A program made the translations under genes and the position numbers. 64,000 bases of DNA from the human T2T-CHM13v2.0 reference genome, Homo sapiens, in assembly GCF_009914755.1 (NCBI RefSeq), contig NC_060939.1; one strand, 5' to 3'. Within the stretch, counting starts at the first letter, position 1. Each line of letters opens with the position of its first letter. The notes beneath the pieces were generated by a model, which made no database searches, was not told the DNA's origin, and saw only the letters and a list, made by a program, of their open reading frames with translations. This document shows positions 12,501 through 26,124 of this stretch, one piece after another.

Positions 12501-15500
12501 CGTTCCATTACATTCCATTCCATTCGGTACCATTCCATATTGTTCCATTCGATTCCATTCGAATCCATTCCATTCCAGTCCATTCCATTCGATTCCATTC
12601 CATTCATTTCAATTCCATTCCATTCCATTCCATTACATTCCACTTGATTCCTCTCCATTCCCTTCCACTGCATTCCGTTCGATTCCATTCCATTGCATTG
12701 CATTCCATTCCATTGGATTGCATTCCATTCGATTCCATTCCATTCGAATCAATTACATAGCAATCCATTACATTCGAGTCTATTCTATTCCGTTCCATTC
12801 GATTTCGTTCCAATCCATTGGATTCCATTCCATTCGATTCCATTCCATACCATTGCATTCCATTCGATTACATTATATTCGAATAAGTTCCATTCAAGAC
12901 CATTTCTTTTGAGTCCATTCTATTTGAGTCCATTCCCTTTGATTCCTTAACATTTGAGTCCATTCAATTCCATTCCTTTCGTTTCCATTCCATTTGATGC
13001 CATTCCATTCAATTCGGTTCTACTCGACTCCAATACATTCAATTCCATTCCATCCGATTCCATTACATTCTTTTCATTTCTTATCCATTTCAAGCCATTC
13101 CACTCCATTCCTTTCCACTCGTTTCCTTTCCATTCGAGTCCATTCCTCTCCAGTCCATTCCGTTCAATCCATTCCATTCCAGTCCATTCCATTCGAGTCC
13201 GTTCCATTCCAGTCCATTCCATTCGAGTCAATTCCATTCCATTCGATGTCTTTCCATAACGATCCATTCCATTCTATTCCTTTCGATTCCATTCCATTCT
13301 ATTTCATTCCATTCGATTCCCTTCCATTGGACTCCTTTCCATTCGAGTGCATTCCATTCCTTTCCATTTCTTTCCGTTCTGTACGATTCCTACCGTTCGA
13401 TTTCATTTTGTTCCAGTCCATTCCTTTCGCGTCCATTCCATTCCATTTCACTCCATTCGATTCCATTCCACTCGATTCCACTTCGTTCCATTTCATTTCA
13501 TTCCATTCTATTCAACTCTATTGCCTTCCATTCCATTCCATTCGATTACATTCCATGCGATTCCATTCGAAATCGAATCAATTAAATTGCAATCCATTAC
13601 TATTGAGTCCGTTTTATTCCAGTCCACTGCATTCTGGTCCATTCCATTTGATTCCATTCCATTCTATTCCATTCCATACAGTTGCATTCCATTGGATTCC
13701 ATGCTATATCTATAAATTCAATTCGAGACCATTGCTTTTGAGTCCATTCTATATGATTCCATTCCATTCAAGTCCATTACATTTGGTTCAATTCCATTCC
13801 ATTCCATTCCCTTCCATTCCATTCCATTTGATATCAATCCATTCGATTCCATTCCATTCGAGCACATTCCATTCGAGTCCATTCCATTCGATGCCATTCC
13901 ATTTGATTCTATTCCATTAGTCTCCATTCAATTCCATTAATCTCCATTCCATTCCATTCTACTCCAACTGATTCCATTCCATTCTATTCCTTTCCATTCC
14001 ATTCCATTCCATTCCATTCCATTTCATTCCATTCCATTCCATTCGTGTCCATTCCACTCCAGTCCATTCCATTTAGGTCCATTCCATTCCAGTCCATTCC
14101 ATTTGTGTCCACTGCATTCCATTCCAATCCATTCCATATTATTCCATTACACTCCATTCCATTCTATTACTTTCATTTCCATTCAATTCCATTCCATTTG
14201 ATTCCATTCCACTCGGTTTCATTCCATTTGAGTCCACTCCATTCCATTCCATTCCATTCCATTCAGTTCCATTCCATTCTGTTCCATTCCATTCCGTTCC
14301 ATTACATTCCATTCCATTCGGTACCATTCCATATTGTTCCATTCGATTCCATTCGAATCCATTCCATTCCAGTCCATTCCATTCGATTCCATTCCATTCA
14401 TTTCAATTCCATTCCATTCCATTCCATTACATTCCACTTGATTCCTCTCCATTCCCTTCCACTGCATTCCGTTCAATTCCATTCCATTGCATTGCATTCC
14501 ATTCCATTGGATTGCATTCCATTCGATTCCATTCCATTCGAATCAATTACATAGCAATCCATTACATTCGAGTCTATTCTATTCCGTTCCATTCGATTTC
14601 GTTCCACTCCATTCGATTCCATTCCATTCGATTCTATTCCATACCATTGCATTCCATTCGATTACATTATATTCGAATAAGTTCCATTCAAGACCATTTC
14701 TTTTGAGTCCATTCTATTTGAGTCCATTCCCTTTGATTCCATAACATTTGAGTCCATTCAATTCCATTCCTTTCGTTTCCATTCCATTTGATGCCATTCC
14801 ATTCAATTCTGTTCTACTCGACTCCAATACATTCAATTCCCTTCCATCCGATTCCATTACATTCTTTTCATTTCTTATCCATTTCAAGCCATTCCACTCC
14901 ATTCCATTCCACTCGTTTCCTTTCCATTCGAGTCCATTCCTCTCCAGTCCATTCCGTTCAATCCATTCCATTCCAGTCCATTCCATTCGAGTCCGTTCCA
15001 TTCCAGTCCATTCCATTCGAGTCAATTCCATCCCATTCGATGTCTTTCCATAACGATCCATTCCATTCTATTCCTTTCGATTCCATTCCATTCTATTTCA
15101 TTCCATTCGATTCCCTTCCATTGGACTCCTTTCCATTCGAGTGCATTCCATTCCTTTCCATTTCTTTCCGTTCTGTACGATTCCTACCGTTCGATTTCAT
15201 TTTGTTCCAGTCCATTCCTTTCGCGTCCATTCCATTCCATTTCACTCCATTCGATTCCATTCCACTCGATTCCACTTCGTTCCATTTCATTTCATTCCAT
15301 TCTATTCACCTCTATCGCCTTCCATTCCATTCCATTCGATTACATTCCATGCGATTCCATTCGAAATCGAATCAATTACATTGCAATCCATTACTATTGA
15401 GTCCGTTTTATTCCAGTCCACTGCATTCTGGTCCATTCCATTTGATTCCATTCCATTCTATTCCATTCCATACAGTTGCATTCCATTGGATTCCATGCTA

Positions 15501-17902
15501 TATCTATAAATTCAATTCGAGACCATTGCTTTTGAGTCCATTCTATATGATTCCATTCCATTCAAGTCCATTACATTTGGTTCAATTCCATTCCATTCCA
15601 TTCCCTTCCATTCCATTCCATTTGATATCAATCCATTCGATTCCATTCCATTCGAGCACATTCCATTCGAGTCCATTCCATTCGATGCCATTCCATTTGA
15701 TTCTATTCCATTAGTCTCCATTCAATTCCATTAATCTCCATTCCATTCCATTCTACTCCAACTGATTCCATTCCATTCTATTCCTTTCCATTCCATTTCA
15801 TTCCATTCCATTCCATTTCATTCCATTCCATTCCATTCGTGTCCATTCCACTCCAATCCATTCCATTCGTGTCCATTCCATTCCAGTCCATTCCATTTGT
15901 GTCCACTGCATTCCATTCCACTCCATTCCATATTATTCCATTACACTCCATTCCATTCTATTACTTTCATTTCCATTCAATTCCATTCCATTTGATTCCA
16001 TTCCACTCGGTTTCATTCCATTTGAGTCCACTCCATTCCATTCCATTCCATTCCATTCAGTTCCATTCCATTCTGTTCCATTCCATTCCGTTCCATTACA
16101 TTCCATTCCATTCGGTACCATTCCATATTGTTCCATTCGATTCCATTCGAATCCATTCCATTCCAGTCCATTCCATTCGATTCCATTCCATTCATTTCAA
16201 TTCCATTCCATTCCATTCCATTACATTCCACTTGATTCCTCTCCATTCCCTTCCACTGCATTCCGTTCGATTCCATTCCATTGCATTGCATTCCATTCCA
16301 TTGGATTGCATTCCATTCGATTCCATTCCATTCGAATCAATTACATAGCAATCCATTACATTCGAGTCTATTCTCTTCCGTTCCATTCGATTTCGTTCCA
16401 ATCCATTCGATTCCATTCCATTCGATTCCATTCCATACTATTGCATTCCATTCGATTACATTATATTCGAATAAGTTCCATTCAAGACCATTTCTTTTGA
16501 GTCCATTCTATTTGAGTCCATTCCCTTTGATTCCATAACATTTGAGTCCATTCAATTCCATTCCTTTCGTTTCCATTCCATTTGATGCCATTCCATTCAA
16601 TTCTGTTCTACTCGACTCCAATACATTCAATTCCATTCCATCCGATTCCATTACATTCTTTTCATTTCTTATCCATTTCAAGCCATTCCACTCCATTCCA
16701 TTCCACTCGTTTCCTTTCCATTCGAGTCCATTCCTCTCCAGTCCATTCCGTTCAATCCATTCCATTCCAGTCCATTCCATTGGAGTCCGTTCCATTCCAG
16801 TCCATTCCATTCGAGTCAATTCCATCCCATTCGATGTCTTTCCATAACGATCCATTCCATTCTATTCCTTTCGATTCCATTCCATTCTATTTCATTCCAT
16901 TCGATTCCCTTCCATTGGACTCCTTTCCATTCGAGTGCATTCCATTCCGTTCCATTTCTTTCCGTTCTGTACGATTCCTACCGTTCGATTTCATTTTGTT
17001 CCAGTCCATTCCTTTCGCGTCCATTCCATTCCATTTCACTCCATTCGATTCCATTCCACTCGATTCCACTTCGTTCCATTTCATTGCATTCCATTCTATT
17101 CAACTCTATTGCCTTCCATTCCATTCCATTCGATTACATTCCATGCGATTCCATTCGAAATCGAATCAATTACATTGCAATCCATAACTATTGAGTCCAT
17201 TTTATTCCAGTCCACTGCATTCTGGTCCATTCCATTTGATTCCATTCCATTCTATTCCATTCCATACAGTTGCATTCCATTGGATTCCATTCTATATCTA
17301 TAAATTCAATTCGAGACCATTGCTTTTGAGTCCATTCTATATGATTCCATTCCATTCAAGTCCATTACATTTGGTTCAATTCCATTCCATTCCATTCCCT
17401 TCCATTCCATTCCAGTTGATATCAATCCATTCGATTCCATTCCATTCGAGCACATTCCATTCGAGTCCATTCAATTCGATGCCATTCCATTTGGTTCTAT
17501 TCCATTAGTCTCCATTCAATTCCATTAATCTCCATTCCATTCCATTCTACTCCAACTGATTCCATTCCATTCTATTCCTTTCCATTCCATTTCATTCCAT
17601 TCCATTCCATTCCATTCCATTCCATTCGTGTCCATTCCACTCCAGTCCATTCCATTCGTGTCCATTCCATTCCAGTCCATTCCATTTGTGTCCACTGCAT
17701 TCCATTCCACTCCATTCCATATTATTCCATTACACTCCATTCCATTCTATTACTTTCATTTCCATTCAATTCCATTCCATTTGATTCCATTCCACTCGGT
17801 TTCATTCCATTTGAGTCCACTCCATTCCATTCCATTCCATTCCATTCAGTTCCATTCCATTCTGTTCCATTCCATTCCGTTCCATTGCATTCCATTCCAT
17901 TC

Positions 17903-19711
17903 GGTACCATTCCATATTGTTCCATTCGATTCCATTCGAATCCATTCCATTCCAGTCCATTCCATTCGATTCCATTCCATTCATTTCAATTCCATTCCAT
18001 TCCATTCCATTACATTCCACTTGATTCCTCTCCATTCCCTTCCACTGCATTCCGTTCGATTCCATTCCATTGCATTGCATTCCATTCCATTGGATTGCAT
18101 TCCATTCGATTCCATTCCATTCGAATCAATTACATAGCAATCCATTACATTCGAGTCTATTCTCTTCCGTTCCATTCGATTTCGTTCCAATCCATTCGAT
18201 TCCATTCCATTCGATTCCATTCCATACTATTGCATTCCATTCGATTACATTATATTCGAATAAGTTCCATTCAAGACCATTTCTTTTGAGTCCATTCTAT
18301 TTGAGTCCATTCCCTTTGATTCCATAACATTTGAGTCCATTCAATTCCATTCCTTTCGTTTCCATTCCATTTGATGCCATTCCATTCAATTCTGTTCTAC
18401 TCGACTCCAATACATTCAATTCCATTCCATCCGATTCCATTACATTCTTTTCATTTCTTATCCATTTCAAGCCATTCCACTCCATTCCATTCCACTCGTT
18501 TCCTTTCCATTCGAGTCCATTCCTCTCCAGTCCATTCCGTTCAATCCATTCCATTCCAGTCCATTCCATTCGAGTCCGTTCCATTCCAGTCCATTCCATT
18601 CGAGTCAATTCCATTCCATTCGATGTCTTTCCATAACGATCCATTCCATTCTATTCCTTTCGATTCCATTCCATTCTATTTCATTCCATTCGATTCCCTT
18701 CCATTGGACTTCTTTCCATTCGAGTGCATTCCATTCCGTTCCATAACTTTCCGTTCTGTACGATTCCTACCGTTCGATTTCATTTTGTTCCAGTCCATTC
18801 CTTTCGCGTCCATTCCATTCCATTTCACTACATTCGATTCCATTCCATTCGATTCCATTCTACTCGATTCCACTTCGTTCCATTTCATTGCATTCCATTC
18901 TATTCAACTCTATTGCCTTCCATTCCATTCCATTCGATTACATTCCATGCGATTCCATTCGAAATCGAATCAATTACATTGCAATCCATTACTATTGAGT
19001 CCGTTTTATTCCAGTCCACTGCATTCTGGTCCATTCCATTTGATTCCATTCCATTCTATTCCATTCCATACAGTTGCATTCCATTGGATTCCATGCTATA
19101 TCTATAAATTCAATTCGAGACCATTGCTTTTGAGTCCATTCTATATGATTCCATTCCATTCAAGTCCATTACATTTGGTTCAATTCCATTCCATTCCATT
19201 CCCTTCCATTCCATTCCATTTGATATCAATCCATTCGATTCCATTCCATTCGAGCACATTCCATTCGAGTCCATTCCATTCGATGCCATTCCATTTGATT
19301 CTATTCCATTAGTCTCCATTCAATTCCATTAATCTCCATTCCATTCCATTCTACTCCAACTGATTCCATTCCATTCTATTCCTTTCCATTCCATTTCATT
19401 CCATTCCATTCCATTTCATTCCATTCCATTCCATTCGTGTCCATTCCACTCCAGTCCATTCCATTCGTGTCCATTCCATTCCAGTCCATTCCATTTGTGT
19501 CCACTGCATTCCATTCCACTCCATTCCATATTATTCCATTACACTCCATTCCATTCTATTACTTTCATTTCCATTCAATTCCATTCCATTTGATTCCATT
19601 CCACTCGGTTTCATTCCATTTGAGTCCACTCCATTCCATTCCATTCCATTCCATTCAGTTCCATTCCATTCTGTTCCATTCCATTCCGTTCCATTACATT
19701 CCATTCCATTC
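17903..19711 (+). repeat. 1809-bp unit variant (+15 bp); same variant at 23280-25088 and 26125-27933
   Basis: CACTACATTCGATTCCATTCCATTCGATTCCATTCTACTCG replaces CACTCCATTCGATTCCATTCCACTCG at ~18826, ~24203 and ~27048. Confidence 0.93.
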
Positions 19712-22700
19712 GGTACCATTCCATATTGTTCCATTCGATTCCATTCGAATCCATTCCATTCCAGTCCATTCCATTCGATTCCATTCCATTCATTTCAATT
19801 CCATTCCATTCCATTCCATTCCATTCCACTTGATTCCTCTCCATTCCCTTCCACTGCATTCCGTTCGATTCCATTCCATTGCATTGCATTCCATTCCATT
19901 GGATTGCATTCCATTCGATTCCATTCCATTCGAATCAATTACATAGCAATCCATTACATTCGAGTCTATTCTCTTCCGTTCCATTCGATTTCGTTCCAAT
20001 CCATTCGATTCCATTCCATTCGATTCCATTCCATACTATTGCATTCCATTCGATTACATTATATTCGAATAAGTTCCATTCAAGACCATTTCTTTTGAGT
20101 CCATTCTATTTGAGTCCATTCCCTTTGATTCCATAACATTTGAGTCCATTCAATTCCATTCCTTTCGTTTCCATTCCATTTGATGCCATTCCATTCAATT
20201 CTGTTCTACTCGACTCCAATACATTCAATTCCATTCCATCCGATTCCATTACATTCTTTTCATTTCTTATCCATTTCAAGCCATTCCACTCCATTCCATT
20301 CCACTCGTTTCCTTTCCATTCGAGTCCATTCCTCTCCAGTCCATTCCGTTCAATCCATTCCATTCCAGTCCATTCCATTCGAGTCCGTTCCATTCCAGTC
20401 CATTCCATTCGAGTCAATTCCATTCCATTCGATGTCTTTCCATAACGATCCATTCCATTCTATTCCTTTCGATTCCATTCCATTCTATTTCATTCCATTC
20501 GATTCCCTTCCATTGGACTCCTTTCCATTCGAGTGCATTCCATTCCGTTACATTTCTTTCCGTTCTGTACGATTCCTACCGTTCGATTTCATTTTGTTCC
20601 AGTCCATTCCTTTCGCGTCCATTCCATTCCATTTCACTCCATTCGATTCCATTCCACTCGATTCCACTTTGTTCCATTTCATTGCATTGCATTCTATTCA
20701 ACTCTATTGCCCTCCATTCCTTTCCATTCGATTACATTCCATGCGATTCCATTCGAAATCGAATCAATTACATTGCAATCCATTACTATTGAGTCCGTTT
20801 TATTCCAGTTCACTGCATTCTGGTCCATTCCATTTGATTCCATTCCATTCTATTCCATTCCATACAGTTGCATTCCATTGGATTCCATTCTATATCTATA
20901 AATTCAATTCGAGACCATTGCTTTTGAGTCCATTCTATATGATTCCATTCCATTCAAGTCCATTACATTTGGTTCAATTCCATTCCATTCCATTCCCTTC
21001 CATTCCATTCCAGTTGATATCAATCCATTCGATTCCATTCCATTCGAGCACATTCCATTCGAGTCCATTCCATTCGATGCCATTCCATTTGATTCTATTC
21101 CATTAGTCTCCATTCAATTCCATTAATCTCCATTCCATTCCATTCTACTCCAACTGATTCCATTCCATTCTATTCCTTTCCGTTCCATTTCATTCCATTC
21201 CATTCCATTTCATTCCATTCCATTCCATTCGTGTCCATTCCACTCCAGTCCATTCCATTCGTGTCCATTCCATTCCAGTCCATTCCATTTGTGTCCACTG
21301 CATTCCATTCCACTCCATTCCATATTATTCCATTACACTCCATTCCATTCTATTACTTTCATTTCCATTCAATTCCATTCCATTTGATTCCATTCCACTC
21401 GGTTTCATTCCATTTGAGTCCACTCCATTCCATTCCATTCCATTCCATTCAGTTCCATTCCATTCTGTTCCATTCCATTCCGTTCCATTACATTCCATTC
21501 CATTCGGTACCATTCCATATTGTTCCATTCGATTCCATTCGAATCCATTCCATTCCAGTCCATTCCATTCGATTCCATTCCATTCATTTCAATTCCATTC
21601 CATTCCATTCCATTACATTCCACTTGATTCCTCTCCATTCCCTTCCACTGCATTCCGTTCGATTCCATTCCATTGCATTGCATTCCATTCCATTGGATTG
21701 CATTCCATTCGATTCCATTCCATTCGAATCAATTACATAGCAATCCATTACATTCGAGTCTATTCTCTTCCGTTCCATTCGATTTCGTTCCAATCCATTC
21801 GATTCCATTCCATTCGATTCCATTCCATACTATTGCATTCCATTCGATTACATTATATTCGAATAAGTTCCATTCAAGACCATTTCTTTTGAGTCCATTC
21901 TATTTGAGTCCATTCCCTTTGATTCCATAACATTTGAGTCCATTCAATTCCATTCCTTTCGTTTCCATTCCATTTGATGCCATTCCATTCAATTCTGTTC
22001 TACTCGACTCCAATACATTCAATTCCATTCCATCCGATTCCATTACATTCTTTTCATTTCTTATCCATTTCAAGCCATTCCACTCCATTCCATTCCACTC
22101 GTTTCCTTTCCATTCGAGTCCATTCCTCTCCAGTCCATTCCGTTCAATCCATTCCATTCCAGTCCATTCCATTCGAGTCCGTTCCATTCCAGTCCATTCC
22201 ATTCGAGTCAATTCCATCCCATTCGATGTCTTTCCATAACGATCCATTCCATTCTATTCCTTTCGATTCCATTCCATTCTATTTCATTCCATTCGATTCC
22301 CTTCCATTGGACTCCTTTCCATTCGAGTGCATTCCATTCCGTTCCATTTCTTTCCGTTCTGTATGATTCCTACCGTTCGATTTCATTTTGTTCCAGTCCA
22401 TTCCTTTCGCGTCCATTCCATTCCATTTCACTCCATTCGATTCCATTCCACTCGATTCCACTTCGTTCCATTTCATTGCATTCCATTCTATTCAACTCTA
22501 TTGCCTTCCATTCCATTCCATTCGATTACATTCCATGCGATTCCATTCGAAATCAAATCAATTACATTGCAATCCATTACTATTGAGTCCGTTTTATTCC
22601 AGTCCACTGCATTCTGGTCCATTCCATTTGATTCCATTCCATTCTATTCCATTCCATACAGTTGCATTCCATTGGATTCCATGCTATATCTATAAATTCA

Positions 22701-25088
22701 ATTCGAGACCATTGCTTTTGAGTCCATTCTATATGATTCCATTCCATTCAAGTCCATTACATTTGGTTCAATTCCATTCCATTCCATTCCCTTCCATTCC
22801 ATTCCATTTGATATCAATCCATTCGATTCCATTCCATTCGAGCACATTCCATTCGAGTCCATTCCATTCGATGCCATTCCATTTGATTCTATTCCATTAG
22901 TCTCCATTCTATTCCATTAATCTCCATTCCATTCCATTCTACTCCAACTGATTCCATTTCATTCTATTCCTTTCCATTCCATTCCATTCGCTTCCATTCC
23001 ATTCGTGTCCATTCCACTCCAGTCCATTCCATTCGTGTCCATTCCATTCCAGTCCATTCCATTTGTGTCCACTGCATTCCATTCCACTCCATTCCATATT
23101 ATTCCATTACACTCCATTCCATTCTATTACTTTCATTTCCATTCAATTCCATTCCATTTGATTCCATTCCACTCGGTTTCATTCCATTTGAGTCCACTCC
23201 ATTCCATTCCATTCCATTCCATTCAGTTCCATTCCATTCTGTTCCATTCCATTCCGTTCCATTACATTCCATTCCATTCGGTACCATTCCATATTGTTCC
23301 ATTCGATTCCATTCGAATCCATTCCATTCCAGTCCATTCCATTCGATTCCATTCCATTCATTTCAATTCCATTCCATTCCATTCCATTCCATTCCACTTG
23401 ATTCCTCTCCATTCCCTTCCACTGCATTCCGTTCGATTCCATTCCATTGCATTGCATTCCATTCCATTGGATTGCATTCCATTCGATTCCATTCCATTCG
23501 AATCAATTACATAGCAATCCATTACATTCGAGTCTATTCTCTTCTGTTCCATTCGATTTCGTTCCAATCCATTCGATTCCATTCCATTCGATTCCATTCC
23601 ATACTATTGCATTCCATTCGATTACATTATATTCGAATAAGTTCCATTCAAGACCATTTCTTTTGAGTCCATTCTATTTGAGTCCATTCCCTTTGATTCC
23701 ATAACATTTGAGTCCATTCAATTCCATTCCTTTCGTTTCCATTCCATTTGATGCCATTCCATTCAATTCTGTTCTACTCGACTCCAATACATTCAATTCC
23801 ATTCCATCCGATTCCATTACATTCTTTTCATTTCTTATCCATTTCAAGCCATTCCACTCCATTCCATTCCACTCGTTTCCTTTCCATTCGAGTCCATTCC
23901 TCTCCAGTCCATTCCGTTCAATCCATTCCATTCCAGTCCATTCCATTCGAGTCCGTTCCATTCCAGTCCATTCCAATCGAGTCAATTCCATTCCATTCGA
24001 TGTCTTTCCATAACGATCCATTCCATTCTATTCCTTTCGATTCCATTCCATTCTATTTCATTCCATTCGATTCCCTTCCATTGGACTCCTTTCCATTCGA
24101 GTGCATTCCATTCCGTTCCATTTCTTTCCGTTCTGTACGATTCCTACCGTTCGATTTCATTTTGTTCCAGTCCATTCCTTTCGCGCCCATTCCATTCCAT
24201 TTCACTACATTCGATTCCATTCCATTCGATTCCATTCTACTCGATTCCACTTCGTTCCATTTCATTGCATTCCATTCTATTCAACTCTATTGCCTTCCAT
24301 TCCATTCCATTCGATTACATTCCCTGCGATTCCATTCGAAATCGAATCAATTACGTTGAAATTCATTACTATTTAGTCCGTTTTATTCCAGTCCACTACA
24401 TTCTGGTCCATTCCATTTGATTCCATTCCATTCTATTCCATTCCATACAGTTGCATTCCATTGGATTCCATGCTATATCTATAAATTCAATTCGAGACCA
24501 TTGCTTTTGAGTCCATTCTATATGATTCCATTCCATTCCAGTCCATTACATTTGGTTCAATTCCATTCCATTCCATTCCCTTCCATTCCATTCCATTTGA
24601 TATCAATCCATTCGATTCCATTCCATTCGAGCACATTCCATTCGAGTCCATTCCATTCGATGCCATTCCATTTGATTCTATTCCATTAGTCTCCATTCAA
24701 TTCCATTAATCTCCTTTCCATTCCATTCTACTCCAACTGATTCCATTCCATTCTAATCCTTTCCATTCCATTTCATTCCATTCCATTCCATTTCATTCCA
24801 TTCCATTCCATTCGTGTCCATTCCACTCCAGTCCATTCCATTCGTGTCCATTCCATTCCAGTCCATTCCATTTGTGTCCACTGCATTCCATTCCACTCCA
24901 TTCCATATTATTCCATTACACTCCATTCCATTGTATTACTTTCATTTCCATTCAATTCCATTCCATTTGATTCCATTCCACTCGGTTTCATTCCATTTGA
25001 GTCCACTCCATTCCATTCCATTCCATTCCATTCAGTTCCATTCCATTCTGTTCCATTCCATTCCGTTCCATTACATTCCATTCCATTC

Positions 25089-26124
25089 GGTACCATTCCA
25101 TATTGTTCCATTCGATTCCATTCGAATCCATTCCATTCCAGTCCATTCCATTCGATTCCATACCATTCATTTCAATTCCATTCCATTCCATTCCATTCCA
25201 TTCCATTCGTGTCCATTCCACTCCAGTCCATTCCTTTCGCGTCCATTCCATTCCATTTCACTCCATTCGATTCCATTCCACTCGATTCCACTTCGTTCCA
25301 TTTCATTGCATTCCATTCTATTCAACTCTATTGCCTTCCATTCCATTCCATTCGATTACATTCCATGCGATTCCATTCGAAATCGAATCAATTACATTGC
25401 AATCCATTACTATTGAGTCCATTTTATTCCAGTCCACTGCATTCTGGTCCATTCCATTTGATTCCATTCCATTCTATTCCATTCCATACAGTTGCATTCC
25501 ATTGGATTCCATTCTATATCTATAAATTCAATTCGAGACCATTGCTTTTGAGTCCATTCTATATGATTCCATTCCATTCAAGTCCATTACATTTGGTTCA
25601 ATTCCATTCCATTTCATTCCCTTCCATTCCATTCCAGTTGATATCAATCCATTCGATTCCATTCCATTCGAGCACATTCCATTCGAGTCCATTCCATTCG
25701 ATGCCATTCCATTTGATTCTATTCCATTAGTCTCCATTCAATTCCATTAATCTCCATTCCATTCCATTCTACTCCAACTGATTCCATTCCATTCTATTCC
25801 TTTCCATTCCATTTCATTCCATTCCATTCCATTTCATTCCATTCCATTCCATTCCATTCCATTCGCTTCCATTCCATTCGTGTCCATTCCATTCCAGTCC
25901 ATTCCATTTGTGTCCACTGCATTCCATTCCACTCCATTCCATATTATTCCATTACACTCCATTCCATTCTATTACTTTCATTTCCATTCAATTCCATTCC
26001 ATTTGATTCCATTCCACTCGGTTTCATTCCATTTGAGTCCACTCCATTCCATTCCATTCCATTCCATTCAGTTCCATTCCATTCTGTTCCATTCCATTCC
26101 GTTCCATTACATTCCATTCCATTC
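25089..26124 (+). repeat. Truncated 1036-bp unit (structural variant)
   Basis: KpnI sites at 25089 and 26125. Landmarks GAATAAGTTCC, CATAACGATCC and CTACCGTTCG are absent. Sequence jumps to TTTCGCGTCC at ~25235. Confidence 0.95.
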
